A stretch of DNA of 61,954 nt, filler included, from Globobulimina sp. (GCA_003354225.1; 27 parts of 27 records of this genome joined end to end with filler, not necessarily neighbours in it); one strand, 5' to 3'; positions 1-12,587 are shown, counted from the first letter of the whole stretch. Made by a program: numbers and translations. Notes: a model not told the origin generated them from the sequence alone.

Positions 1-674
1 ATAACCATACGGAGAGAAATGCAATCCATCTTTGTCAAAGAATTTCCCTTTGAATGTAGCATCCAATGAGTTAATATATTCATGCAAATCACATAAATGC
101 ATTGACTTATTTGAATTTACTTTTTGTTTAATAAATTGATTAACTTCATCTCTTTTATCAGCAAACATTCCATCATTGTGTTTGGCCAATACACCTCCAT
201 ACGGCGGGATTGTAATTGCTATACATTGTGCTTTATGTGTTGCTGTAATTAACGCATATATTTTTGTTAATGAATCACATATTTTTGTTGTTTTTGCATG
301 AGTTCCAATGTCGTTCGTGCCGCCTAGGAATACAATAATTTCAAACGTCGCGTTACTTAAATGATCAGTAATTCGTTTTAACATCGAAAAAGTTACCTTT
401 TCACCATCTACCCCTGATTCAATTAATCGAAATTTTATATTTTTACAATTTGTTTCAAGCATATTTTCCAATGTGCTGCAGTAAGGAATATGGTCTCTGC
501 CCCTATTGGTATATCCTTTGGTTAATGAGTCACCAAAACATAGTATGCTGTGGATACATTTGTTTAGACTTGAAATGTCCACAAATAAATTGTAAATCAC
601 AAAAAACACCTCAAATTGTTTTTTCTTGTCTCTTTTATGCTTTTTTCTTCGTGCTCTTGCAGTGGCTGTGCCAT
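1..674 (-). CDS. SGNH/GDSL-family hydrolase, 3'-truncated (absent from ORF track)
   Basis: Manual translation gives ILCFGDSLTKGY (block I), SGVDGE (II), FLGGTNDI (III) and DKDGLHFSPYGY (V). Probable ATG at 674 and a GT-AG intron of about 40 nt near 569-609. Confidence 0.9.
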
Positions 675-1002
675 TGTTTGGAAAATATTAATGCAAAAAA
701 AAACAAAAACTTTTAGAGTACCAGTATCTCACGGGGATGTTCCAGCAATCCGTCAGCCTGGAATCGTACTTACGTCCCGATTGAATTTTGTACCACTACT
801 ACTATTATGTACATGATTTATACACTTCTCACAAAATTGATGGAAACCAATAAAGGAAATTAAGATATTAGAATTACAACAATATTTGATTGGTTATTTA
901 AAATATTGCATTCAAAAGATACCCTCGATCGGCGTTTTCAATAATTCTCTTTGCTTTGACCTCATCAAACTTATAATCCATTCGAATATTCGATAATGAA
1001 AA

Positions 1003-1761
1003 ATGAAAGTCTATTATATGATAGCTTTATGTTTAATTATCTACCCACTGCAGACAACCGCCGCATCTCCAAACAGAGGTATGTTTAATATTCAATTAAT
1101 TCCCGCAAATCATGAAATATAAATTATATAATATTTGTTTTCAGCGTCAGGGACAGGGAGTGCAGGACAGCAAGAGATAGCTGCAAAATCTGCAACAGGC
1201 CCCCTATGCAATCACAATCCATCGAGAGCAGATCCAAATGCAGGTAGCAAATTTTCTGCGCAATGTGCGAGCTGTGTTTCTCGTTCGATGGTTCTCGGCA
1301 AAACTTGTTATCTTAATTCGTGGACCTTATCTACAAAATGTACGTGCACAAATTTTGATTTTATGGATTGTCAATGTAAAAGAGGTCCATCAGGATTTAC
1401 TGTTTTTGTATTTTTCATTCTTCCGATTCTATGCATCTCAATGATTTGCACAGCAAGACAGTGCATGAAATATTCGTACTGTCCTTTACATTCAATGGAA
1501 AAAGAATACAAAAAATGGATTAAAAGAAGAAAAGCAAAGCGTGCACGACAGGAAACGAGAGCGAATAAAGAGGAAAACGATGTAGATGCAGATGACGAAT
1601 TAGATAATGAGTTAGAAAATGAAAACCCTTCAATATATTCAACAAAACATAACCAACATAACTCGCTAGACTCTGTAACGAGTATTGCTGGTCGAAGTGT
1701 AGTAAGTTCTTCCAATTCACGAAAAAGGAAACAAAAAAGACAGCCATTGTTTGCTGATTGA
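1003..1761 (+). CDS. Secreted Cys-rich single-pass membrane protein, hypothetical
   Basis: Signal-peptide-like MKVYYMIALCLIIYPLQTTAA. Intron 1079-1144 joins it in frame to ORF 1135-1761. One TM helix and a charged tail. Confidence 0.65.
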
Positions 1762-1923
1762 ATGTAATATGTAGTTAATTATAGCGTACGCACAATAAAA
1801 CATGCAAAATCTTGATGTATAACATATAACACAAAAACTTTCACTTCCACCTACTCCATCCACTTCCATCCTTTTGCTTCAACTGTTTATCCTGTGATTG
1901 TATAGTAATCACAAAGTTATATC

Positions 1924-2201
1924 ATGGAGCAAAAGATGGTTCAAATAAAAGATCCTTCCGGAATAAAACCGCTTACCCAACAATCAAAATGGCTTGATTT
2001 TATTATCAAATTATTAACAGATGGATTTCTGCGAGAAATGGACCAAAAAATAATTAACCATCAAAAAAACATAAGATTCCCAAAAGTAATTTATGAGCAA
2101 TGTTTTAAATTTTTCCCTCGATTTGAGACCACCGAATTAATAGAAAATCCTTTACTAAATTTGGAAATTTATGTGGCTGGCTGTTATTTGACACCTCTGC
2201 C
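1924..2201 (+). CDS. Hypothetical protein, 3'-truncated, with an N-terminal LLxxGFxR...P..I...C..F motif
   Basis: ORF open to the contig end; KLLTDGFLRE...FPKVIYEQCFKFF. Confidence 0.55.
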
Positions 2202-2301
2202 NNNNNNNNNNNNNNNNNNNNNNNNNNNNNNNNNNNNNNNNNNNNTTAATTAATTAANNNNNNNNNNNNNNNNNNNNNNNNNNNNNNNNNNNNNNNNNNN
2301 N
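2202..2301. other. Artificial contig spacer (first of 26 identical spacers)
   Basis: 44 N + TTAATTAATTAA (stops in all six frames) + 44 N. It recurs at 4503, 6804, 9104, 11404, 13703, 16002, 18301, 20600, 22898, 25196, 27494, 29792, 32090, 34388, 36686, 38984, 41282, 43579, 45876, 48173, 50470, 52767, 55064, 57361 and 59658. Confidence 0.99.
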
Positions 2302-3740
2302 ACCAATTTATGTCAAAATTATCAAAATTGTATGGCACACAATTTATCGCATCGTTGTTGTTTAATTCATGGTCTTCAAATCACAAAACTATGATATCTG
2401 ATAATAAAATGATTGATATTGTTGACATCATATCAGATATTATTCAGTCGAGAGACAATCCGCAAGAAAATGACGATATTAATATTGATACAATAAATCA
2501 TTATTTAATTGGTGAGATTGCATCATATTTAAATGCCAGAGATCATGCAAAATTTGGTCGAAGTAACAGAGCAATATATATTGGATGCAATTCACCAAAT
2601 TCTTTGCAAGAAATGGATTTAAGTGGCATTAGCTATAAAAATAAAGATCATTTATTGATTGATTTGAGTAAATATTCATCTCTTAAAACGTTACAGATTT
2701 TCCTGGACGATTTTGATAAATTCCGTTTGCCGAAAGATGGTAATTTAATTTTGAATAATTTAACAAATATATGTTTGAATAATTGTATGATATCAGTTGA
2801 TATTACACCATTAATGACACAAAAATGTATTAAGTTTGATAAAATTGAAACATTAGCCTTAGATTATATGAATATTAATAATGCTGATTCTTTTTGGAAT
2901 TTATTGCGTAAATTTAAAAATATAAAACATTTACAATTAATATATATAGAAATAGAAATTGATGAATACATTCCTGACAATGAAATAAAAATATTATTTC
3001 CAAATTTAAAGCAACTTTCTTGCAGTGATGTATCCTCAGAATTGATCAGGAAATTTGTGCATTTGTATGGACATAATTTAAAACATTTATATTTAGGCCT
3101 AGGAAGGCTAGGATACTCCGATTTATTTTCCGCTGGCGTTGATTTTAGGAATCTGGATGAATTGATTGTATGTAATGCTACAGAACAAACAATGTCTAAT
3201 ATTTTAAAATCAGCAAAAATGTTAAAAAAATGTAAAATTGATTGTCAGAATTATCATGAAAGTGATCTCCAAATCAAGAATATAATTTGCAATTTAATCT
3301 CTAGTTCAATAGTTTTGGAATGTATTCAAATTAATGGGATGTACAAGGATTTGGCCAATATAGTGAATGGAATCGAATCGGAATTGTTAAAAACAAGAAA
3401 TATTAAACGGAAATATTTAAAGATAGGCCTAGGAATATTAAACGAACCCAAAACAGTTAAAATTGATGATGTTATATTATTTATTTCAAGGATTAAGGAC
3501 GAATTGGATTCCTCACAAATCGATGATTATTTGTTATTTTTTCAATTACAAAGAACAAATATCGATATCAAAGAAGTGAATAAAGCAATTAATGAGTTTC
3601 AATGTTTCGAACCAGCGATAATTGTAAAATGTTATGAGAAAATTGAAGATAAAATGATTTGTATTGTTGTAATGAACAAAGGTTGTAAAATAAATGAAGG
3701 ATATTTAAGCTCATTTAGTAAATATTATTCATGGTTTTAA
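2302..3740 (+). CDS. F-box-like / LRR (RNI-like) protein, probably 5'-truncated
   Basis: 476-aa ORF, open upstream of the Met. F-box-like IDTINHYLIGEIASYL...FGRSNRAIY followed by LxxLxL repeats. Confidence 0.7.
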
Positions 3741-4436
3741 ATTACTTTTATTTCTTTTATGTGACGTTATGTGAGTTCTGTGGTTATGTGACGTTATGTG
3801 GTTAGTTTTTTTTCTTTTTAATTAAACCAAATAATTCACCAAATATAAATTTGAAAACATCTCCATCAGTTCCTTGCTCTTTGTTTGAAATAAATGATTA
3901 ATAATCGACTCAAAACATCACGCATTCTCTGCGCAAACACTTGGCCAGACAGACTCAGAAATCCTCCGTAGCCAAAACTGCCGGACGATCCTATTTAGAC
4001 TCTAAAACGTTTTTCAGTTTTTTATAGCTCATAGTGATGATGGGCGCGTGTTGTTGTCGCAGTACCAGACGAACAGACAAACAGCCATTATTGAGTGATT
4101 TGAGTCCCTCTCGTAAACAACAGTGGGCAATGAAACGAGCAATAACATTGGAAGGTCCACAAAGGACTCTCGAAATTGTTTAGTTTTATATTATATATTA
4201 TAAATAATGATCCATGTGATGTTATGCGCATATATATAGAATATTGATGATATGCATTCGCACAATTCATTGATGATATGCATTCGTATCATTGTGAGTC
4301 GTGACATCTCAGAAACAGAGTCGATTATGATCAGTCGATTATGATCAGTTTTGGTGTATTAGTATATATTTAGATGAAATTGCTAATTATAAAATTATTC
4401 AATCGCTGAAATACTCATTTTTTATTCTGTCCTGTA

Positions 4437-4502
4437 ATGGCTGCTTTAGTGAATGCAATAAAATTTAGGTATTTGTTTGACCAATTAACAGATGGAGAAT
4501 GT
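4437..4502 (+). CDS. N-terminal 22 codons of a gene (MAALVNAIKFRYLFDQLTDGEC), probably the same family as 2302-3740
   Basis: ATGG start, open to the contig end; reads naturally into the contig's first codons. Confidence 0.45.
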
Positions 4503-4602
4503 NNNNNNNNNNNNNNNNNNNNNNNNNNNNNNNNNNNNNNNNNNNNTTAATTAATTAANNNNNNNNNNNNNNNNNNNNNNNNNNNNNNNNNNNNNNNNNN
4601 NN

Positions 4603-5296
4603 AAAAAGGAAGTAACCGCATGTTGCACCGCATCTTTTGCCGCTTCGTTCACATTTTTCGCCAAATCCCGACAATGTTTGTTGCGCCGCACCCAATCCGA
4701 TGCCCTCAAGTTGGTTTTATTGAGGATTTGCGCCGAAATTCTGTCCCGCGTAAACATGTCGGTCAAGTACAATAAATACGGCACCTGTTTTTTTTCACCG
4801 ATGGCTAACATTTTGATGATGTTGGGGTCGTCTTTCATTTCGCCGTTAAAAATGGTGGCTAACTGTTTGCAATGCACATCGCGAATATGTTTGATGTCAT
4901 CTTTGTTGATTTTAAAGTCGTCTTTGCTGATTTTCAAGGCCGTGAATTCGTTGTCGTAATCAAGGAAGTCGTAATCCGGTTTGTTATATATTTTCAATAA
5001 TAACTCAAAGATTGCTTTGCTTCTATCCGCCGGCTCTGATTTGAATGGCATCTCTTCGTCAAAGTCTACCAACATACAATCCGTGGCATCTGTGCCCATT
5101 TCTTCTGCTAAATCATCAAATCCATTCTCCTCGCAATATTCACTGAATTGGTTCCCATATTTGGCGCCCATTAATTTGTAATAGCTATAGTTTATTGAAA
5201 TTTGTCCAGTAAACATATTAGTTGCGAGTTAGGAAATATATACCGTGTCAATGCTGCATCTATTTGTTGTACAGTCGCCTTCGCTGTCTGTGACAT
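4603..5296 (-). CDS. Hypothetical protein, spliced, 3'-truncated
   Basis: Exon 1 MSQTAKATVQQIDAALTR, intron about 5187-5243, then YYKLMG...FSEYCEENGFDD, open to the contig edge. Confidence 0.7.
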
Positions 5297-5389
5297 GGTT
5301 TACTTTGAAAGATGTTATAATCGTGTTTTTGAAAGATGTTTTTTAATTTTGTAAATGTTATCGGATTTTAAGTAATTGATCGATTCAAA

Positions 5390-5893
5390 ATGAATTTTTT
5401 TAAAAAGAAAATGGCTAAACATTATGTAAAAAAACGCAAGTTTTATTTCATTGCGTTTGCAATTGCTTTGATATCAGTTATTTTAATGGTAGTTGCTTTT
5501 ATTTTGGATGAATTGACTGGATTAACGGATGTGGCATATTGTGGTGCCTTAGCCCTTGGACCACAAAAGTATGCGGACTGCTCAGATTTGGATCCGTGGG
5601 CACAAGCACAGTTAGCGGGAGTGTTTTGGATTATATTTGGTGCATTGGGAGTTATTATGTGTTTTGTTGCCCCCGCTTTATTGGGAGTTAAAAAATCATT
5701 ATCATTCATTCCATATATATTTACGATCATATTTTATATTTTAGCAATTGTACTGTGGATATCGGACAATCCAATGTGTTGGGGCGACAATGGAGCATTG
5801 GGTATTTCAATAATTTTAGCAATTGTTGCTATTCCGTTTGCATTGATAGCTTTAATTGTTGCTGCATATCCAAAATTTTGTGGCAAATCATAG
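5390..5893 (+). CDS. Four-TM claudin/PMP22-like membrane protein
   Basis: Four hydrophobic helices and a Cys pair in the first extracellular loop. Confidence 0.65.
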   Translation: MNFFKKKMAKHYVKKRKFYFIAFAIALISVILMVVAFILDELTGLTDVAYCGALALGPQKYADCSDLDPWAQAQLAGVFWIIFGALGVIMCFVAPALLGVKKSLSFIPYIFTIIFYILAIVLWISDNPMCWGDNGALGISIILAIVAIPFALIALIVAAYPKFCGKS

Positions 5894-6045
5894 ATTATGG
5901 GATTTAGGCATTCAATTTATCTTTGTATTGTATTTAGGCATTCAATTGCAATAGCTTTAGTGCATTCTAGTTTTTGTTTACTTTCGTTTTTCCATCATAT
6001 CCTTATCCTTGCACTGAGAATCGAATTCTACAGTGTTTGTTTAGT

Positions 6046-6803
6046 ATGACCGCTCATTCCGTCGCACTCTTCTCTAAGTTATTATTGATACACATTGTAG
6101 AAAGCAAATATGTGGACATTTGGTATGATGACATGAGTGAAAATAATGGTTGGTCTATACATAATAATGTATCATTACCTCGAACATGTTTTAATGTTAA
6201 TAATTATTGTGCAAAAATCAACGCATATAATGGTGACAGTTGGATAGAAAAATCAACAAATATTTCAGTATATTCTCATATTCAATTACAATTTGACCTT
6301 CGAGGAATTGGTTTAGAAGGTAGTGATTCTTGCCAAGTTTGGTACGGTTATGACAGTAATTCGTTGACTCAGTCTGGGGGCAATTTTTCAAATGGAAGAT
6401 ATAACAACGAAATACTTACTTTTCCACCACCTGCTCCAACCACCACCAATATACATATCCAGCTCGTAACCCATGGTGATAGCACCAATAGTACTGATTC
6501 ATGTTATTTTGACAATGTTTATTTACAAGGAATTTTGAGAACACTCAATCCAACAGAAACACCTTCGTACTCTCCAACAAATTCACAAACTACATACAGT
6601 CCAACAACCATTCCAACTAATTATCCATCAAATATTCCAACTAATGATCCTATAACAAATCCACCAACAACTAATGTACCCACATACTATCCAACAAATA
6701 ATCCAACAAATAATCCTACCATACAACCTACAGATGCCCAAACAGGAAAAACAACAACACCCGCTCAAGATGGCGAGGCCCCAGAGGTGGCACATTCAAT
6801 ATC
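6046..6803 (+). CDS. Secreted/surface protein with a beta-rich domain and a PT-repeat mucin-like stalk, 3'-truncated
   Basis: Signal-like N-terminus, CYFDNVYLQG domain end, then xPTx repeats (about 6545-6770). Confidence 0.75.
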
Positions 6804-6903
6804 NNNNNNNNNNNNNNNNNNNNNNNNNNNNNNNNNNNNNNNNNNNNTTAATTAATTAANNNNNNNNNNNNNNNNNNNNNNNNNNNNNNNNNNNNNNNNN
6901 NNN

Positions 6904-7022
6904 AAGATGTTACAATATTATAAAATGTTACAATTTGAAAACTCTGAAACCTCACTGAAATCAGTACATCATCCAAATTCAAGAATGTCAGCAGTTGAAG
7001 CAGTACAAACTGATATCAATCA
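6904..7022 (+). repeat. 119-bp terminal direct repeat, copy 1 (identical to 8985-9103)
   Basis: The first and last 119 nt of contig 4 are identical (AAGATGTTACAA...GATATCAATCA). Confidence 0.95.
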
Positions 7023-7942
7023 AATGCAACAAATGGTACAACAGTATGATGCTTATTTCAGGCAACTCCAACAGCAAGGTTTGATTATATTACATTTATT
7101 GTTTACAATCATTAACAAACCAATAAACAGAAAATAATCAAATGGAATCAATGCAGACTCAAATGAATCAATTGGGGCAGCGAATAAATGAAGTTCAAGA
7201 AAACAGCAAAATAACCACTCAAATATGTTATTGTTTCAGTTGGTGGCGTGCATTATTTCTCAATGCGTGCAATTTGTTACGTGCATTCTTTAGCAACGCG
7301 TGCATTTATTTGAAAAAGCACAGCATCTCATTCATTGTGATATTATTATTAACAATAATTGTGGCGATAATTGCAAAGTATTATTTTCAAACCGGGTTCC
7401 AAAGAAACCAGCCATTTGATGTGAAAGAGAAAATGTTTGAGGAAGATCCAGCGTGGAAGAAAGAGATAGAGACGGATTATTTCAAGCGATTGAGCAAGCA
7501 TGTAGCCATCGAAACTGCTTTGCGAGATTACAAACAAGAATGCGAGGCTGAGTTACAAAGTTTCAAAGAACAGACAGACAAATTAGAAAAGAAAGCATCT
7601 GATATTAAACTGAAATTGCATGAGAAATGTGGTGATGCACCTAAATACTCAGAAGAATATTTACTGCAACAAACTGGAAAGTATGACGGATTCATGGAAG
7701 ATATTGACAAACGAAAGAGTTATCAGCAATGCATGAATGATCAAATCAAAGAATTGGATGGTTTCGACAAAGATGTTATTAAAGGGTATGCAGAACAAGA
7801 TACTTTCAAATGGAATGATATGATGTATCGGGAGGGACTGTGTGAAGATCGTAGCAGATGTTTATGTGAAATTCTATTGAAACCAAACAAGCCACTCACA
7901 CGCGCAATTGAAAGAACTAAAAGTCCACTTAAATTAATATAA
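6985..7942 (+). CDS. Coiled-coil single-TM hypothetical protein, one intron
   Basis: MSAVEAVQTDINQ... exon joined through GT-AG intron 7079-7130 in frame to ORF 7142-7942; TM SFIVILLLTIIVAIIA. Confidence 0.7.
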
Positions 7943-8464
7943 TTTCACTTTTATTTTGTTTTTATAATAAAATCAGAAAATTCGCACATATAACTTTTTT
8001 ATAGGTTCACACTTCTTTTCAATCACATGTTGGAAACTTAAGAGAAATATTCAGTATACAGTGGGGGGAGGTCATCCATCTGAATATATCGTTAAGATTT
8101 CTGAGCACGTGTTTCTGAGGTAAGCAGTGTTGATCATATACAAATATGTAATCTGTTTTCAGATTATCCTTGCACACAAATATAATATGGCTGGAAAACT
8201 TAAAAATTAAAATTTAAATGGTAAACAACACACGTTTCTATCTATCGATCAAACAAAACAAACAAAACCAATTCAGAAAAACGTTTGAAAGATTAAAAAA
8301 AATTAAACAATATGTAACAAATTAACAAAGAAAAATGGACAAAGCAGCTGTAGATCATAGATTCACTAAAAATTATAAAACTATCACAAGTTATGTCAAT
8401 ATATGTGACATTCATGAAACACATCACAAAAATAGCAGTAAATGACAACTCTATTACTTTAGAT

Positions 8465-8845
8465 TCAGTCCAGTGACCGAATTGAGTTCAACACACAATT
8501 TATTTTCTTTTTGTCGTCAATATGTAATATCTTTGTGACATCTTGGCTTGTTTTGATATCACTCTTTAAATACTTCAACGTCACAATGCCATGTTCAACA
8601 AACTCTGTCTCGAACTTACTTAATTCATCGTTGCTTTCTAATATCTGATTGAATGCATTTACTGCTTTCTTAAACTGCTCAACATGTTTCAGCAACAATT
8701 TACAATGCAATGTCTTGCTTATTCGCAAATCATTCCTTACTATTTTCTCTGATAAAAATTCAATTAATTGAATATTATCATACACATTCTCCTCAAACAC
8801 TGACAAATACGTTTCTAAGCCGACGACATTGCACAACCAGTGTAA
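8465..8845 (-). pseudogene. Orphan SAM-domain-like coding segment with no start codon
   Basis: HWLCNVVGLETYLSVFEEN...LRISKTLHCKLLLKHV resembles a SAM domain. Two in-frame TAA codons lie immediately upstream. Confidence 0.5.
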
Positions 8846-8984
8846 TTTTGATATTTATTAATTTTGTGCTGATAGAAGTTATTTGCCGCCGACAATTTCT
8901 TGCTGGCCGCAGCCTGAACCCTCGAATCACATACAACTGAGCAAACACCAACGTCCAGAGCGACTGACTCGGATTTTGGTCCCC

Positions 8985-9103
8985 AAGATGTTACAATATT
9001 ATAAAATGTTACAATTTGAAAACTCTGAAACCTCACTGAAATCAGTACATCATCCAAATTCAAGAATGTCAGCAGTTGAAGCAGTACAAACTGATATCAA
9101 TCA
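8985..9103 (+). repeat. 119-bp terminal direct repeat, copy 2
   Basis: Identical to 6904-7022. Confidence 0.95.
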
Positions 9104-9210
9104 NNNNNNNNNNNNNNNNNNNNNNNNNNNNNNNNNNNNNNNNNNNNTTAATTAATTAANNNNNNNNNNNNNNNNNNNNNNNNNNNNNNNNNNNNNNNNN
9201 NNNAATATTG

Positions 9211-10552
9211 CTAAGACGCCATACTAAGCATTCCATCAATAATTGTCATCTGAACATCTTTAAATACTTTTTCCACCACCTCTTTTTCCAAGATATTCAA
9301 TGTATGAACATAAATCTGTCTATTTTCGTCTTTATTTTGTGACTGAAATGTATTTTTAATAAACATCAAACACTGTTCATACTCATTTGGATCGGTATAC
9401 TCTTCTTTAAATTTATATTCCTCATCGCTCCATACAGTAATCGGTATATTTTTAATTTTTTCTCTAAACAAATCGTTCTTTGTTAACAATAAAATCATTA
9501 TCGTTTCCGTAAACCATCTTGAATTACATATCTCTGCAAACAAATTGATCTGTTCATCCATAGCATTTGTTGTTTCATCCTCAAATAAATATTCATCATA
9601 ACAGCTCAACGAAGCAGTAAATATAACACAGGTCACATCTTCGAATGCGTGAATCCATTTTTTTCTCTCTTTCCTCACACCTCCAACTTGCATGACTTTA
9701 ACACCAACATTATGTGATATTTTTATGTTGTTTTCAATAATTCCATTTGTATGTTTCCCTAATTTTAATATCTCATCAAAGGTCGGAGTATATTTATTTA
9801 TATCGGAGAATCTATCGATATTATCCCAAAAATAACCACTTGACTCATTTACATACAATCGGAAAACAGAACGTATTGCAAATAAATCCTTTATACGTTT
9901 TTCATTCCATATCTTTTTAATATGAGTTGTTAACATTTTATCCAAACCAGTTTCAAAAACGTTTTCTTTATTTTGAGAAATACAATCAATTGATTCTTGT
10001 TTTATATTTGCATAGATTACAATCTCTGGAATAAATTTACAAATTAAATGAATTATAATATCGGGAATATCACGCTTTGTTTCATTAAAATGACCAACAA
10101 ACAAACACGTGGCATAGAGATTAATTGAATGAATTGTATGTGTAATATATTCACAAGTATCACATGGCTGAAAAAAAATTTGTACATAATCTACAAAGTT
10201 TTGTTCTGTTCTCATATCATCTATAAACTCAATAACTGATACCATATCTGTTACTATTTGCTCATATATATATTTTTTGAGACTTATAAACTCATTTTCG
10301 GTGAACTCACCACTATCTCCATAAATATTTCTGATTTGGTTAACAAGCGTCGATTTTCCAGAGAAACCTTATGATATATTTATTGTAAGCCGTAATTATA
10401 TATATATGCATCAGAAAAATTGCAGTCGTACCTGTTCCTAATAAAAGAATTTTGTATTTTCCATCAGAGTCAGACACCCTTCTTTCTAGAATGGTTTTGA
10501 ATCTATCTTCTTCCGGATCCTGCGACGGTTGCGAACTGTTACAGCAACCCAT
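9211..10552 (-). CDS. Heterotrimeric G-protein alpha subunit (atypical)
   Basis: MGCCNS lipidation start. P-loop LLGTG|FSGKST split by an intron (about 10368-10431). ERKKWIHAFEDVT, SLSCYDEYLFEDETTNAM, ICNSRWF and LLTKNDLF are also present. Confidence 0.95.
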
Positions 10553-10734
10553 TTGTATTGATAAGTTTGTGAAACTTTGTGTACTACTAATATCACTGAA
10601 ACATGGCACCGCCAACCACAAGTACTGTTGCGTTATCTAACTTGACAGGTTTAGTATAATTAATTATATTCTATGTCCTAAAAATTAATCGCTACGACCA
10701 ATGCTCTGTCTACACAGCATCCACAATAACGCCT

Positions 10735-11403
10735 GTGAGTATCGGTAATAATAAGCCATTTTATGATTTGGGTTCTTCTTTATATGGAATTAAAACACTA
10801 TATATTATTATCATTGGTGTTTCTATAGTTGTAATTTGTGTCAATTGTTTTTTATTGTTTTTGTTATGGTATAAACGGAGAAACAAAAACTCGAATCCCA
10901 ATAAAAAGGCAAAAGAAATAGCAAAGGAAATGCCAAACGAAATGGAATTAAATTGGCAATATACAGTCAAAGGACAACCTTATGAGCGTAATAAACATAA
11001 ATCATCACTGGCTCCAAATAAGTCGCAAATTAAAATACAGAATGAATCAAACAATCAAATATCACCACATTCAATGCAAAACCCAGTCGCATTTACGAAT
11101 AGTTCTAAAGCATATCATCATTATCGTCCTCGCGCCCAATCCATGCCCAATGGCATAAAGAACAGTGATCATGATACAGGTACAGATGTTGATAAACCTA
11201 AGCTTGGCAATGCACAGAGTGAAGAAAGTGAAATGAGTACAGAATATAAAACAGAATTCACAGAGAGTGATAATAATATATACCATTTAGGAGATATTAA
11301 AGAATATGCTGTGGTGGATACAATAACCAGTATTGTTAACAAATCGATTAAACAGAAGCAAATGACTCATGTTTTAAGTCTAAATAAGATGAATATGAAG
11401 AAA
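10735..11403 (+). CDS. Single-TM hypothetical protein, partial
   Basis: Hydrophobic helix followed by KRRNK and a disordered tail; start uncertain. Confidence 0.5.
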
Positions 11404-11503
11404 NNNNNNNNNNNNNNNNNNNNNNNNNNNNNNNNNNNNNNNNNNNNTTAATTAATTAANNNNNNNNNNNNNNNNNNNNNNNNNNNNNNNNNNNNNNNNN
11501 NNN

Positions 11504-12466
11504 GTTCAAAAACAATATTCGATTGTCATTGTTATTCACCTCTTTGCCTAACTGCGTCATTGTTGATAATAAAAACTTTAAACTATCTTCAAACAACACG
11601 GCTTTATCAATAATTAAATTTTCACTCTTTTTCTCATCCATATCATTTTGAGAAATATCATTCAAATGATATTGCATCATATTCAAATGTATCAAAATAT
11701 TCACAAATTGTGGTTTATGTTTGATATGAATGATAATATTAAAATATTCGTTCCATTGTTGCTTAATATATGTTGGTAATGAATTGATTATGGCATCAAC
11801 TTCAGTTTCATTTTTTTCTTTCAATTGAATAGTTTTTGAGATTGTTATTATTGATGAACGATTTGCTCTGTGTTTTTTAATTTTTTTTTGCTGTTTGGTA
11901 GTATTTTTTTTATTTTTTTTCTTATTTTTATTTTTATTCTGTTTATGAATATCATTTACTTTGACATATATTCCTTTATTTTTATCACATTTGAAATATG
12001 AAACTTTTGTGTCGAGAAATTTTCCATCTGTGTTACCAACGGGTTTTGCTAATTGAATACCATAATAGGCACTGTTACTTTTATTTTGTTTGCAATTTGG
12101 TATTCCAACGTATTTTATTTTACCTTTGGTCTCATTTATAATTAACTCAGAATTGTATGACAATTTACTTGAATTTGTTTGTTTTATAATTTTATCCATA
12201 TTTAACTTTGATTTTGTCACAAATTTACCAGATTTGTTAGTCGCTGTTTGGAAGTATAATATATTATTGACGGTGCCATTATTTTTACCTTTCTCACTCA
12301 ATAAATCAATTCCATAAAATACACCTTTTTTACCGTCAATACAACCAATATATTTAACCGTTCCTTTATTTCCATCCGTTAAAGTAATCTATACCAATAA
12401 TATTTGCTTATATTATGTGCGACGTCAACACAAAATGTAACATACTTTATCATTAAGAGAAATCAT
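11504..12466 (-). CDS. Tandem CAP-Gly domain protein, 3'-truncated
   Basis: MISLNDK|intron|ITLTDGNKGTVKYIG...GVFYGIDL...GKNNGT, and a second GKIKYVG...YYGIQL...GNTDG...YFKC. Confidence 0.85.
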
Positions 12467-12587
12467 TTTAGTTAATTTTGTTTAATGAAATATTTAATAT
12501 TATGATCAACGTACTTTAGCACGATGGCATGCTGCAACTACAAGTTTTAAGTAAAAAACCCTTTTATAAATGTAACATATTTTTGAA

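Noticed and set aside
3758..4350. Short direct duplications (ATGTGACGTTATGTG, ATTGATGATATGCATTCG, TCGATTATGATCAG)
   Set aside because: Two-copy slippage-type repeats with no spacer structure.
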